From a virus (taxonomy: Duplodnaviria; Caudoviricetes): 64,000 nucleotides of DNA. Numbering within the stretch: the first letter of the stretch is position 1; each line of letters opens with the position of its first letter. The DNA is taken from IMG/VR virus record IMGVR_UViG_2773857716_000001, positions 1-64,000 of that record; one strand, 5' to 3'. The translations under genes were made by a program, and so were the position numbers. Positions 52,324-63,859 of the stretch are shown here, in pieces. The notes under the pieces were generated by a model. The model ran no database searches. It was not told where the DNA came from and saw only the letters and a program-made list of their open reading frames with translations.

Positions 52324-54201
52324 TCAGGCGATGCGGACGGCTCGCATCCATGAGCCGAGGCCCATGCGGTTGAAGGTGGTGCTGGAGGTTGACTGGGCCC
52401 ATCCGAGGGCGAGCGTTCCGGCGCTGGTGGTGGTGACCGTGCCGGTCTCGATCGCGTAAACCAGGTTGGTGTTCACGTTGCGGCGGCCGTATGTGACGGT
52501 CGTACTGAACCCGTGACTGCCCGATCGCATGGCGATGCCGTCGGCGTTGTTGTTGCCCGCGGTCGTCTCTGTAGCCGACGAGGCCGGGCCCATAGCGCCC
52601 TTCAGGCCGGTAGCGCCACTGGGCACCAGCCACTCCGTCACCGTCAACGCGAACGACGAACCGCCGGTGTACAGGTGGAACTCGACGATGTACGTCGCGT
52701 TCGCGAGGAGGGACACCGTCAGGTGCGGGTCCGCAGTGCGGGTCGTGGTGCTGATGCGGTCGGTGTTGATGGGCTTGCTGACCAGGTACGGGGTGTTCTG
52801 GGCCATGACGCTGCCGGTGACCTGGATCCCGGACGAAGTGAACGTGTGATCGGCGCCGTTGGCGGTGATGTTGACGTAGTCGCCGGTGATGTAGACCGAG
52901 GAGTGCTTGCCGGTGATGTTGCCGTCCTTGGCGTAGATGTTGCAGCTGGAGGCCCCGCTGGTTGTCGTGGCGGTGGTAGCGCTGATCCCTGCGTACCCGA
53001 TTTCGCTGGTCGCGGTGGGGGCGCCCGTGGCGCAGGTGAAGTTTCCCGAGTACGAGCCGGCCTTGGGTGAGCTGAGGGACAGGAAGGTTTGGGAGTAGTT
53101 GCCGCTGCTGTCTTGGGCTACGACGGGCGCGCCGATGACGGTCGTGGGTTGTGCCGAGTTGGTGACGTTCGGCCCGGAGTTGAGGGCTGCTGGGAAGATT
53201 TCGCCGGTGACTCCGGAGTAGAGGAGAACCGTCGGCCTGGTGACCATGCCTGCGGGCGGGGTGGGGGTGACGACGACGCGGGAGCCGGAGGTGTTGGTCT
53301 GGAGGACGCCGCCGGTGACGGTGGCGCCGATGATGTCCGTGCCGGTGATGGTGCCCCCGGTGATCGTCTTGCCGGTGATGGCGTCCGCTTTCAGGGCGGT
53401 CGCGTCCACCGATCCGGCGGACAGCTTGGCTGTGGTGACCGCGTTGGCGTCGAGCTTGTCGGTGGTGATCGCCAGGGAGGCGATTTTGGCGGCGGTGACG
53501 GCTTCCGCGGCAAGCTTGTCGGTGAGGACGGCCCCGGCGGCTATCTGACCGGCGAGGATCGCCCCGGCCACGATCTTCTGTGTGGTGACGGCGTTATCGG
53601 TGATCTCTGTGGTGCCGATCGCTCCTGCGGCGACCTTGGCCGCGGTCACTGCGTCGTCGGCGAGCTTGACGGTGGTGATGATGCCGTCGAGGACGTCGGA
53701 GGCGACCACGGGCGTCGGTCCGAACGGGCCCACTTCGGCCGAGGGGGTTGAGGCGGCGCCGGACGTGTTGCGGGCTAGCAGTTGTACGTACACCGGGTCG
53801 TCCGTCACTACGACGACGGTGGCGCCCTGCGCCGTCTCGATCGTGGACTGTAGCGTCGCCGCAGTCGGCGTGAAACCGGGGCTGGTGGAGGCGTGGACCT
53901 CGATCCGGGCCCAGTCCAGCGGGATCACCGCGCCGTCGACGAACTGCCCGTCCCACGAAACGGTGACCCCGCCCAGGACGGACACCGCGATCGGTGCGGA
54001 CGGTGCGGGCGGGGGCGGTCCGTTGACGACCTGTATGCCGGACGTGCCATCAGCCTGCTGGCCGACGATGGCGCGCAGGCCTCCCGTATCGTCTCGCGCG
54101 ACGAGCGAGGTCCCGTCCAGGGATGCGGACGACAGACGTGAAGATCGTTCGACCTTCGTGAGCCGGGCCTCTAGCCGGGCGAGCTGGGCTCCGATGTCCA
54201 T
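52324..54201 (-). CDS. Tail fibre / minor tail protein
   Basis: FN3-like region, [AV]T[AT].K[LI]A..A repeats, variable C-terminus. Confidence 0.8.
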   Translation of the reverse strand: MDIGAQLARLEARLTKVERSSRLSSASLDGTSLVARDDTGGLRAIVGQQADGTSGIQVVNGPPPPAPSAPIAVSVLGGVTVSWDGQFVDGAVIPLDWARIEVHASTSPGFTPTAATLQSTIETAQGATVVVVTDDPVYVQLLARNTSGAASTPSAEVGPFGPTPVVASDVLDGIITTVKLADDAVTAAKVAAGAIGTTEITDNAVTTQKIVAGAILAGQIAAGAVLTDKLAAEAVTAAKIASLAITTDKLDANAVTTAKLSAGSVDATALKADAITGKTITGGTITGTDIIGATVTGGVLQTNTSGSRVVVTPTPPAGMVTRPTVLLYSGVTGEIFPAALNSGPNVTNSAQPTTVIGAPVVAQDSSGNYSQTFLSLSSPKAGSYSGNFTCATGAPTATSEIGYAGISATTATTTSGASSCNIYAKDGNITGKHSSVYITGDYVNITANGADHTFTSSGIQVTGSVMAQNTPYLVSKPINTDRISTTTRTADPHLTVSLLANATYIVEFHLYTGGSSFALTVTEWLVPSGATGLKGAMGPASSATETTAGNNNADGIAMRSGSHGFSTTVTYGRRNVNTNLVYAIETGTVTTTSAGTLALGWAQSTSSTTFNRMGLGSWMRAVRIA

Positions 54202-55295
54202 CAGACGCCTCCGTAGACGTACGACTCTGCGGGCTTGAGCTGCAGGGTGGCCTGCTCGCCGCCCTGTGCGGTGGGTTTCACGGTCCAGCCGGTGATGCGG
54301 CACCAGCCCACGAAGCTGGTCCAGGGGTTGTTGACGCGGACGGGGACGTCATCGCCGACCTGCCAGGAGCCGATGGGGGCCGCGGGGTGGTTGCGGACGG
54401 TGATCTCTGCGACCGAGCCGAGGGTCTGGCGCCACTTCGATTCGGCGGCGGCGCGCCTGGCGAGGAGGTCGGTGCCGTTGACGTCGGGCAGGTCGAGGAT
54501 CGCTTCAAGGCGCAGGCGGCCGTTGCGGACGGCGCTGATGGATCGCTTCTTCGCGGATCCATCTCCGGCGCCGGCGGCGACGACGACCTGCGCGTACTCG
54601 TCGCCGGCCTGCGGTACTTCGGGGTCTTCGATGATGTTGACGCCGGTCGCGAAGCTGATGTCGGTGCGGCGGGCGCCGAGTCGTGGCCAGCCGAGGCGGA
54701 CGCGGCGCACGGGCGCGGTGCGGCCGGTGTTCCAGGCGACGTCGCAGGCGTAGTCGGGGGTGGCGTCGCCGGAGACGAGGTTGTCGATGGCGTCGCCAAG
54801 GACTGGTGACTCCCACCAGTTGAATTTGAGGGGTTCGGTGGTGGTGCCGACCTTCGCGGTGCTGGTCGTCGCGTCCACCGTCACGCCGAGGTTCCCGTCG
54901 GCGATCGACTGGGCGTACGCCCAAATGTCGCGGATGACTGTGCAGGGGTCGGCGTAGGCGTAGGGGCCGCGGCCGCCGAGGTTGCCGTCCAGGTCGTGGC
55001 GGTGCTGGAGGTAGGAGGACCAGCCGGCGGCTTCGATGGCGTACTCGGAGCCTTGGGGTCGGGCGTCCCAGACCAGGCCGCCCCAGCGCAGCAGCCCGTC
55101 CCGCTCCACGTAGATCAGCGTGGTGCCGGGGTCGGTGAGGGTGGTGTTGGACGCCAGGAGGTGCGGGGAGAGCGTGCCGGACAGGGAGCCAGGGCCGTTC
55201 AGCTCGGATCCGTACTCCAGGCCGGTCATGGGCAGGGCCTTGGACAGCCACTGACCGGTGAGGGCGTGCTGGGTCAGCACCCGGTAGTCGGCCAT
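54201..55295 (-). CDS. Minor tail / baseplate hub protein
   Basis: ELNGPGSLSGT, IYVERDG..RWGG, WQVGDDV; TGATG-coupled. Confidence 0.8.
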   Translation of the reverse strand: MADYRVLTQHALTGQWLSKALPMTGLEYGSELNGPGSLSGTLSPHLLASNTTLTDPGTTLIYVERDGLLRWGGLVWDARPQGSEYAIEAAGWSSYLQHRHDLDGNLGGRGPYAYADPCTVIRDIWAYAQSIADGNLGVTVDATTSTAKVGTTTEPLKFNWWESPVLGDAIDNLVSGDATPDYACDVAWNTGRTAPVRRVRLGWPRLGARRTDISFATGVNIIEDPEVPQAGDEYAQVVVAAGAGDGSAKKRSISAVRNGRLRLEAILDLPDVNGTDLLARRAAAESKWRQTLGSVAEITVRNHPAAPIGSWQVGDDVPVRVNNPWTSFVGWCRITGWTVKPTAQGGEQATLQLKPAESYVYGGV

Positions 55296-56236
55296 CAGTA
55301 CGGCGCCTCGAAGAATTCGACGTCCGCAATGATCGTGGTGCTGGAGTCGACGGAGAACTTGCCGGCGTTGCCGGAGAATCCGGCGACCTGGAGGCGCAGG
55401 AGCTGGCTGGTGCCGCGGTAGGTGTCGGGGATGAGGAGGTTGTCGCCGAGGACGACGGTGGCGCGGCGGACGCCGGTGCCCTGGTTGTCGTCGAGGATGA
55501 CCTGCTGGACGGTGAGGGATGCTCCGAAGGTGGCGCGGAGCTGTCCGAAGATGGTGCCGGTGCTGTAGCGGATCTGGCCCACGTCGATCTTGATTTTGAC
55601 GCGGGCTGCCCAGGTGGGGATGGCGAAGTTCCAGCCCGCGGCGGTGCTGAAGTACGAGTAGGTGCCGCTGCTCCCGGAGATTTCGGTGGACAGGGAGCCC
55701 GGGGACTGGAGCTGCATCTGCCGGTCGCGGCGAGGGTTGGCGATGCTCCGCAGGTCCGTGATCATCGCGTTGGTGATGATCGACGTGGAGGCCGGTATGT
55801 CGATGCGGGCCAGCGGGATCGCCGTACGCGCATCCGGGATGACGGTGGCGGTGCTGGTGACGTTGGAGATGACCTGGAAGTACTCGATCTGATCGACGAG
55901 TGGGTCGAGACTGCTGCCGCCGTATTCGGGGTCTTCGACACGCAACACGATCATGTCGGAGCGTGGGCTCCCGCCCGTCGGGGCGATGTCCATCGTCTCG
56001 GTGCCGACGTTGCACACTGCGTAGGAGCCCTGGAAGGTGTTGTCGCGGCCGCGGATGATGCCGGATCCGTCAGATATCTGCACCTGGCTGCCGGGCGTGG
56101 ACAGGGCGGTGACCTTCAGGTCGTCGCCTTCGGTGATGCCCTCGGAGCCGCGGGCCAGGTCTCGCACGAGCATGCGGAACTGCTGTGCTGAGTGGTACGC
56201 GCCATCGGTCATGATCGGCGCTTGGAACAGGGCCAT
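55295..56236 (-). CDS. Minor tail protein
   Basis: GDDLKVTA...PRSDMIVLRVED...IPLARIDIPA...ITNAMITDLR. Confidence 0.8.
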   Translation of the reverse strand: MALFQAPIMTDGAYHSAQQFRMLVRDLARGSEGITEGDDLKVTALSTPGSQVQISDGSGIIRGRDNTFQGSYAVCNVGTETMDIAPTGGSPRSDMIVLRVEDPEYGGSSLDPLVDQIEYFQVISNVTSTATVIPDARTAIPLARIDIPASTSIITNAMITDLRSIANPRRDRQMQLQSPGSLSTEISGSSGTYSYFSTAAGWNFAIPTWAARVKIKIDVGQIRYSTGTIFGQLRATFGASLTVQQVILDDNQGTGVRRATVVLGDNLLIPDTYRGTSQLLRLQVAGFSGNAGKFSVDSSTTIIADVEFFEAPY

Positions 56237-56244
56237 TGGTGCTC

Positions 56245-57147
56245 CTAGAGGGCGGTGTAGGCGTCGCGCCAGGTGACGCTGAGGCGGGCTGAGTTGGTCG
56301 GGTCGACAGCCGTCCACCGCATCTCGGACTGGCCAGGCGGTAGCGAGAACTGATCGAGGCGCGATGCCGGGGACAGGTACGTCTCGGCGTTGCCGCCGTT
56401 CTCCCGCACCACCGACAGACGGCCGGGACGGGTATCGAGCTCCACCCACTGCTCCGCGGTCAGCGTCAGCGTCGGCAGCGTCAGCGTGCGGCCGGATGCG
56501 ACGTGCGTAATGGTGACGTTGCTGCACGGCCCCTGGATGCGCAGCACAGGCCAGGTGCTGCGGGTGCCCGCGTTGGTGACCCACCCGGGGCGTACCGCTG
56601 CCTCGGTGGCGGAGGTGACGAAGATCGGCGCGAAGACGGGTGCGGTGAAGCCGCCGCCAGTCATCCACCCCAAGGGGATGTCGACCGTTTGCTCGGCGTC
56701 CCCGTACCAGGTCGGGTCGGTGGCCTCGAAGGCCATGTCGACGGGGATGAAGCCGTGGATGGCTGTGGCCATTTCCGGGGCGAGGCGGCGCAGGCGGCCG
56801 TTGACGCGGCGGGTGTCGCTGCCTGGCCGGCGGACGCGCAGCGGCATGGTGGCGCCGCCGACGAGCCGGATCGTGGGGTCGTCGGCGGCTGCCTGCATCT
56901 GCGCGAGGATCGCCTCACAGGCCGGGCCGTTCCCGGGGACGCGGATATTGGCGTCGAACTCGATGGTGCGGGCCGTGTAGTAGTCCGGGCCCGGGAACGC
57001 GCCGTCGGCGGACGGCTGGTCGACGTCGCTGTCGCGTGTACCCGGCCAGCCCAGGCCGGTGATCTCTTTGAACCGGACCGGCGTGCCGGTGCCCATGAGG
57101 ATTCCGCCGAGGTCCCACTGTCCTTCTTCCAGGTCAATGTCCGGCAC
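56245..57147 (-). CDS. Distal tail (Dit-like) protein
   Basis: Immediately follows the tape measure gene; DGAFPGPDYY..R, FEATDP.WYG, WPVLRIQGP. Confidence 0.85.
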   Translation of the reverse strand: MPDIDLEEGQWDLGGILMGTGTPVRFKEITGLGWPGTRDSDVDQPSADGAFPGPDYYTARTIEFDANIRVPGNGPACEAILAQMQAAADDPTIRLVGGATMPLRVRRPGSDTRRVNGRLRRLAPEMATAIHGFIPVDMAFEATDPTWYGDAEQTVDIPLGWMTGGGFTAPVFAPIFVTSATEAAVRPGWVTNAGTRSTWPVLRIQGPCSNVTITHVASGRTLTLPTLTLTAEQWVELDTRPGRLSVVRENGGNAETYLSPASRLDQFSLPPGQSEMRWTAVDPTNSARLSVTWRDAYTAL

Positions 57148-60100
57148 GGGCTGCCACCCCTCCCCGCTTGGCGCGCCGCATCTGACGGCCGACCTGGTGG
57201 CCGATGTCGTAGGCGGAGGCGTTGGTCTTGGTCACCGGGACGTTCACAGTGGTGGGGCCTTCCTGGCTGATGACGACGATGCGGCCGGCGTTGGCGTCGG
57301 TGAGGCCGACGCCGAAGCGGTGGGCGACGTCGCCGAGGACCGCGGTGGCGGAGGCGCGCTTGTTGGCGCCGAGGGGGATGTACGCCTCGCCGCCGGTGGA
57401 GGGTTCGGCGAACGTGACGGCGCCGGTGCGGGTGCCGTAGATACCGGGGCGGATGCCGCCGTTGGCGTAGCTCAAGCCCTTCTGCGCGCGGGCCAGGTCG
57501 ACGAGGAATTTCGTCGAGCGGGAGCCGAGGCTGCTCTTGATCTGGGCACTGGCCTTGGTGGCGACAGTAACGATGTCGTCCTCGCCCAGGCCCGTGGCTG
57601 CGGCGACGTCGTGGATGCCGGTCTTGCTGGTCTTGACCGCGGCGATGATCTGCACGAGCTGCGCGATCTGCTCGGAGGAGAGCGCATTGTTTGCCGCGGT
57701 AGCGGCCCTGTTCGCCGAGGACGCCTTTCCCTTGTCCTTGACCGCGGCGGCCGCCAGGGCTTCAGCGTCCTGGTCGTTCTGCGAGGCGAGACGCGTAGCG
57801 AGAGCCCCGTAGCCGCCGGCGGCGAGCTTGGTGAGGTTCGCCTGGAAGGTGGCCTGGTCCTTGACGGCGGCGTTCAGCTGGGAGGTGTACTCGCCCAGGG
57901 AGGCCCCTGGCGGAGGCGGCCAAATTCCGCAGCTGGGATGCCATGTCTTTCAAGTACTTCGACGAGCCGTGGGCCATGTTCTTCGTGAGGGCGATGCCTT
58001 CGTCGCCCATCTCGGCGAGGGCGTCGGCTACGTCCTGGCCGGCGCGGGATGCGACGGTGGCGAGGTCCTTGCGCCAGGCGTCGAGGGAGTTGTTCGAGGC
58101 TCGCAGTTTGCTGTTGAAGATGGAGAGGTTGAAGTTGCCTTTCTTGTCGTTCGAGGCGCTGATGAGCCCGGACAGGGTGTATCGCTGGGCTCCGGCTCCG
58201 GTGCCGGAGTAGGTGAAGTCGAGGCCGCCGCCGTCCGCGAACTGGGTGACGCTTCCCGCGGCGTTCCAGGCGATGCCCTTGCCGCCGAGTCGGCGCACGG
58301 TCTCCTCGGCTATCTTCCGAGACCGTGGGCGCTTCGACCTGGCCAAAGGGATGTAGCTCTCGCCCTGAGTTTCGTCCTCCGCCCACACTCGCCATTCGCC
58401 AGCGCGGGCGATCTGTGCGACGTGGTTCTCACGCCGCATGCCGCCGCCGGCGAAGCGGCTGACCTGGACGGAGCCGTCGGCCTGGTACCCGGAGGCGTAG
58501 GGGCCCGGGTTGGACTTGCGGACGATGGTGTCGATGAACGTCTTCTTGTAGACGCTGATGGTCGCCGAGCTTCCGTGGACGCTGTTGATCGCGGATTGGA
58601 TTGCTGCGACTTGAGACCTGGGCGTCCCCGTCGGCACGCTGACGACCACGGTTTTCCCGTTCGTCGACTGGATTTTGAAGCCGAGGAGTTCCAGCTGTCG
58701 GCGGCCCTCGGCGGTGGGGACGTTCATGGTGATGGTCTTGCCGTGCTGCTTCTCGACTGCAGCCTTGAGGTTTTGCAGATCGCGGAGCGCTCCAGCGGTC
58801 TTGGCGCTCATGCTGATGTTTTTGCCGCCCGGCACGGCCTGCATCTGCTTGAGCAGGTTCGCGAGGTCGGCTTTGGCCTGCCCGGTCTTGGCGGTGACCT
58901 TGTATTCGCGGGTGCCGGGGATCAGCTTGACGGTGTAGCCGAGTTCCTCGAGCTTCTTCTTCGCGTCGTCGGAGAGGGTGTCGACCTTGACGGTCTTCGA
59001 CTTGGGGACCTTTGCGAACTCGGCCTGGACGGCGAGGAGCTCGGCGAGGGTGGAGTCGACGCCCTTCGTCTGGAGCAGGATGCTGACTTGGCCGGGGATG
59101 AGGCCCATGGCGTCGGCAACGCCTTGCGCCTGCTTCGTCGACAGGCCGTAGCCCTCACCCAGCTTGATGGCCGCATCGCGGGCCTTTTGCATCTCTGCCT
59201 GGGAGGCCTTGAGCTTTTCCGGGAGCCCTTTGCCCTGGGACTCCGCGAAGTCGTAGGCAGCAATCGCGGCGTCAGCGCTGCCGCTGGCAATGTTGTTGAG
59301 GGTGTTGAAGAGGCCCTGGCCGTTCTTCGTGGTGGTGTCGATCGTGCCGTTGGTCTTGACGAGTGCCTTGCCCCAGCCGTCGGACTTCTTGACGCCGGTG
59401 GCCATCGCCTCGTTGGCCTGGGTGATGGCCTCGTTGACGCGGGCTTGGGCTGCCTGGAGGCTGATGCTGCCGCCGGAGAGCAGGTCGAGGCTCGCGCGCA
59501 GGGCGCGGGTGCGGGAGTCGGCGTCCCCGGTCTTGTCGGCGAGGGCCGCGACGCTGTCCTTCAGCTGCTGGTAGGCCGAGACTCCCTCGCCTGAGCCCTT
59601 CTGTGCTGCGGCGAGCTCCTTCGCGGACTGCACCGAGTCCTTCATCTCTCCCTTCATGCCGGAGAGGGCTTCGGCCGCGTCCTTCGCGGACTTACCTACG
59701 GGGTCGATGTCGGTTGCCACGCCACCGCCGGAGCTGACGGTGACCTTGGTGTGGGCCTCGGCGACCGCTTCCAGCTGCTTTTGGAGACTGCCGAGGCTTT
59801 TGCCTTCGCCCAGGTAGGAGCTGGTCAGGTCTTTCAGCGTGACGCCGGAGCGGCGCATCACGTCGACGAGTTTTTGGCGGCCGCCGCCGACCTTCATGTC
59901 CTGGATCTGCTGGGCGGCGACGGCGCGGACGTTGTCGTCGACGGCGCCCTTGGACTCGCGCAGGGCCTGGGAGAGGTTCGCGATCCGCTGGTCGTGCTCT
60001 GCGGCGGCCTGGGCTGCTTTCTGCTGTGCGCTGGCGAGGAAGCCCAGGGCGACGGTTGCGCCGGCGATGGCTACGCCCCAGGGGCCGCCCATAGCGGCGG

Positions 60101-62339
60101 TGAGGCCGGACATTGCTCCGCGCAAGCCGGTACCTGCTGCGGCAGCGACGCCGCGGAGTGTGCCGGTGAACCCGGATCCGGCGGCGGCCGCGGTCCGGAA
60201 GCTGCCAGCCATCCGGCCGATGATCGGCACCCGGTCTTGGAGGACAGCGAATGCCGCACCGTAGCGGGAGAGGGACTGGCCGGCTGCACCAGCCAGGGTT
60301 CGCTGGTAGGCCATCTGCTGTGACAGGGACTGGAAGGCTCCGGTGACACGGCCGCGGACGGTGTTGGCGATGTTGGACAGGGGGCCCTGGACGCGGCGGA
60401 AGAGGAACATTGCGGCGACGGCTGCCTGTACTGGTCCGGGGAGGGAACCGAAGGCCGAGACGATGCCACCAACGAGGTGGCCGATGGGCCCGAGGACTCC
60501 GGAGAGCCAGCCCAGTACGGAGAGGATCGCGTCGAGAGCCATGGTGGCGATGTCGATAGCGGAGCCCAGGCCGGACGATCCGTGGGCGAGGGAGGAGAAG
60601 CCGCTCACGACGGGCTGGATGAAGGAAACGACGTTGTCGAACACTTGACCGGCGGTGTCGCCGATGGACAGAAGAACGTGCAGGACCTGGGCGAGGGCGT
60701 GCTCACCGAAGTCCTTGAGGGGGCCGACCATTCCGGACACGCTCTTGCCGATGGCGGAGAACTTGCTGGACAGGGCGGCGCCGACCTCCGGGCCGAAGAG
60801 CGTGGCGGCGCTGTTGAGGTACTGGAAGAACTTTTCGATCTTCGGGGTGGCGGCGGACAGTCCCTTGGTGATGCCGCGGGTCATCCACTCCATCCCGGGG
60901 GCCATGCCCTGGTAGATGGCGAGTCCGGTCTGGCGTGCCTGGGTTTTGAGGCCGAGCATGGCGCCGGCGAGACCCTTGCCCTTGGCGGCGGCGATGTCGG
61001 CGGCCGATCCGGTGCCCTTTACGGCGGCCATGAGGTTATCGAAGCTGTCGACGCCCTGGTGGGCCATGGCGATCGCGCCGGACATCGCGGGCTTGCCCAT
61101 GGACTTCTTGACGGCGGCCGCGAAATCCTGCTGCGTCATCTTGTGCTGGGCCTTGGACAGGCCGTCGATGACGTAACGCAGGCCCTTGAACTGCCCGGAG
61201 GCGTCCCACGCCTCGATACCCATGGCCTTGAGGCCTTCGATCATCTGCGGGGTGGGCGCAGCCAAGTTGGCCATCATGCCGCGGAGCGTCGTACCGGCGG
61301 TCTGACCGAGGATGCCCGCCTTGCCGAGCATGCCGACCGCGGAGGCGGTCTCCTCGATGCTGACGCCGAGCCCGTGCGCGACCGGCCCGGCGTATTTCAT
61401 CGCGTAGTAGATGTCTTTGATGTCACCGGACGCGGCGTTGGCGGTGGAGGCCAGGGTGTCGGCGGCGCGGGAGGCCTGGTCGGCACCCATGCCGAACTGG
61501 TCCATGATGTCGCCGAGGTATTTTGCGCTGTCGGCGGCGTTGACCTGCGCTGCGGACGCCAGACGCAGGGATGCGCCGGTCGCCGAGATGGCCTGATCGG
61601 TGCGGAAGCCGGCCTTCGCGAGCTCGACCATGGCCTCGGCGGCGTCGCCGGCGGTGGCACCGGGCAGGGACAGGTCGTTGCCGAGCTGGTTGGCAGTCGC
61701 GGCGGCCCGCTTCATCTGCATCTGCGTGGCACCGGTCACCGCGCCGAACGCGTTCATCTGCTGCTGGTATTCGTTGCCCTCTTTGACCATCCCGGCCAGG
61801 CCCATGACCAGCGCCCCGCCGGACAGGAGCGCGGCCATGCTGCGGAGCTGGCCGTGGGCGCGGCCGGTCTCGCCGGCGAAGCGGCGCATGGAGGAGATGC
61901 CTCGGGAGCCGACCCGGTCGGTTTGGGTGGCGGCAGTGCGGGCGGCGACGGTGAGGCGCTGGAGGTCGCGGACGGCGGTGGTGAGCTGGCTGCGCATGCG
62001 GGCGATGTCGCGGGCCGCGTTGCGGCTGTTGGAGCCGAGACGGTCCATGTTGCGCTGTGCGGTGCGGGCGGCGTCGCCGTAACGGCCCAGGTTGCGGGCG
62101 GTGGTGCGGGCGTTGTTGCCGAGGCGCTGGATGTCGCGGGCCGCGTTGCGGGCCTCGCGGCCGAGGGAGCGGAGGTTGCCGCGGGCGGACCGTGCGGCGG
62201 TGTCGAGTTCGCGGACGCCGGTGCGGGCGCGGGTGAGGGACTGGTCGAGGGTTCGGGCGTGGGTGGCGGACTCGCGGAGGGCGCGGGCCAGTGACGTGCC
62301 GTTGCCCCGCAGGTCAACGGACAGGTTCCAGTTCGCCAC
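57134..62339 (-). CDS. Tape measure protein with an apparent +1 frameshift near 57904-57907
   Basis: TP901-type TMP core (ELAKAGF, YAMKYAGPVA, GQTAGTTLRG); the GC3-rich frame switches at ASAR and continues ASLGEYTSQLN... into ORF 57134-57655. Confidence 0.88.
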
Positions 62340-62354
62340 CGGGCCCGCTCCCTT

Positions 62355-62768
62355 CTATTCGTCGTCTTCGAACTTGCGGCGCTGCTTGGCTTGGAGCTGC
62401 TTCATCGCTTCGGTCGCGGCGTGCACCGAAGCCGGGATGAGCAGGACTTTCTTGCCGTGGCTGCTGGAGTCGTCGGTCTTGAGGGAGTCCTGTTTGTCGG
62501 CGATGGTCTGGCAGCCGATGCACAGGTGGGTGATGGCGACGTAGGCGTCCTCGGTGTCGTCGTCGCCGCCCTGGTCCCAGTCCTCTGCTCGGGTGCCGCA
62601 CTGCGAGCACACCGAGCGTTGGTAGTCGCGGTAGGCGAGGGCCTTGGCGCGGTCGCGGGATGTCCAGGTGCCGTCGCCGATGCCGCGGAACTGGCTGTGC
62701 GGGATGCCCCACCGGTCGCACAGTTCGAGCTCGCCGCGTAGTCGCGCATCGGCGATCAGCCTTTTCCC
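62355..62768 (-). CDS. Tail assembly chaperone, frameshifted extension (gpT-like)
   Basis: -1 frame after the slippery site: KRLIADARLRGELELCDRWGIPHSQF...CSQC...CIGC. Confidence 0.75.
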   Translation of the reverse strand, partial: GKRLIADARLRGELELCDRWGIPHSQFRGIGDGTWTSRDRAKALAYRDYQRSVCSQCGTRAEDWDQGGDDDTEDAYVAITHLCIGCQTIADKQDSLKTDDSSSHGKKVLLIPASVHAATEAMKQLQAKQRRKFEDDE

Positions 62769-63301
62769 AGGTCCAGGCGCGACTCCAACTGCACGTTCCA
62801 GGCAGTGGAGAACAGGGCGCCGGCCTCGGCGTCGGACCAGGTGTCGAGGAATTCGCGGGCCTGCTCCTCGGTCATGCCGTCGAGGTTGGAGGCCGCGACG
62901 AGGGCGGGGCCGAGGGTGTTGGCGTTGATTTCGAAGCCGTCCTCGGCCTGCTCCTCGGTTGGTGGGTGGGCCTTCTTCAGCGCGTCGAGGGCGGCGCGCT
63001 CCAGTGCCCGAAACGTCAGGACGATGGAGGCCTCGTCGACGGCGGCCTGCGCCTTGGCGACCGCAGCGTCGGCCGTCTTGACGGCCTTCTTCGCTTCGGG
63101 CGAGGTGTCGTCCTCGGCGAGGCGCTTGGCGTTGCGCTGCTCGTACTGCGCGAGACCGAGGGCGGTCTTGGCGGCCTGGTCGTCGCAGATGGTGAGCGTG
63201 GCGGTGGGGCGCTGCCGGTTGCGCAGGCGCTCCAGGGTGGTGGCCCAGTGGGCGTCCTTGGCGACGGCGTCGGCCGGGGGCTGGGGCAGGGTGGTGGTCA
63301 T
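62756..63301 (-). CDS. Tail assembly chaperone (gpG-like)
   Basis: Between the major tail and tape measure genes; ends LGKG* at the slippery site. Confidence 0.82.
   Translation of the reverse strand: MTTTLPQPPADAVAKDAHWATTLERLRNRQRPTATLTICDDQAAKTALGLAQYEQRNAKRLAEDDTSPEAKKAVKTADAAVAKAQAAVDEASIVLTFRALERAALDALKKAHPPTEEQAEDGFEINANTLGPALVAASNLDGMTEEQAREFLDTWSDAEAGALFSTAWNVQLESRLDLGKG
62762..62768 (-). other. Programmed -1 ribosomal frameshift slippery site
   Basis: G GGA AAA heptamer just before the chaperone stop codon. Confidence 0.8.
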
Positions 63302-63385
63302 GGTGTTCTCCAGTGGGAAGGGGCCCGGCCGGCACCGCGGCGCCCCTTCCCAAAAGCGGAGGGCGCCGGCCGGGGGCTGGGTGGG

Positions 63386-63859
63386 TCAGGTGGCGGCCGG
63401 GACGGCTGCGCCCTGTACCGGGGTGTCGGTGATGCTGAACTTCGCCGTCCACTTGGCGGCCTCGTTGTCGGCGGTGATTTCCGAGCTGCGGGAGGCGACA
63501 CGCACCGGGTAGACGTCCATGGACATGCTGGCGGGGACGTCGCCCTTGCGGAGGATGATGATGAAGCCGACGGTGCCCTTTGCCAGGGCTTCTTCGAGGT
63601 CGCTGTCGGTGTCGTCCTCGTAGAACGTCAGCGACGAGTCGGCGGCCTGGTCGGAGCCGGGGATCTTGGAGTCGAAGGTGGACTCCATGTCGGGGGTTTC
63701 GATCTCCTGGTTTTCCAGGGAGAACCCGTCGACAGCGGCGATGGCCTTGGTCAGCTTGGTGGCGCCGGTGATCTCGGCGCGGGTGGGGATGTAGCTGGTG
63801 GAGGTGATGGTTTCGGCGAACAGGATCTTCGTTACGCCCTTGCGGGAAAACCTGGCCAT
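63386..63859 (-). CDS. Major tail (tube) protein
   Basis: PTRAEI..., IETPDMESTFDSKIPG, DSSLTFYED, DVYPVRV. Confidence 0.88.
   Translation of the reverse strand: MARFSRKGVTKILFAETITSTSYIPTRAEITGATKLTKAIAAVDGFSLENQEIETPDMESTFDSKIPGSDQAADSSLTFYEDDTDSDLEEALAKGTVGFIIILRKGDVPASMSMDVYPVRVASRSSEITADNEAAKWTAKFSITDTPVQGAAVPAAT

Noticed and set aside
53588-53598. Partial match to the parS-like palindrome (ACGGCGTTATC)
   Set aside because: Only one arm is present, and it encodes DNAV within tail-fibre repeats; probably coincidental.
46672-62294. Many long plus-strand ORFs over the tail and lysis region (e.g. 46672-48531, 49586-51391, 57828-59594, 60477-62294)
   Set aside because: Antisense shadow ORFs typical of high-GC DNA; the minus-strand frames carry recognisable motifs and coupling.
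62762-62768. -1 frameshift in the tail chaperone as a novelty
   Set aside because: Well-known conserved feature of long-tailed phages; listed as a feature only.
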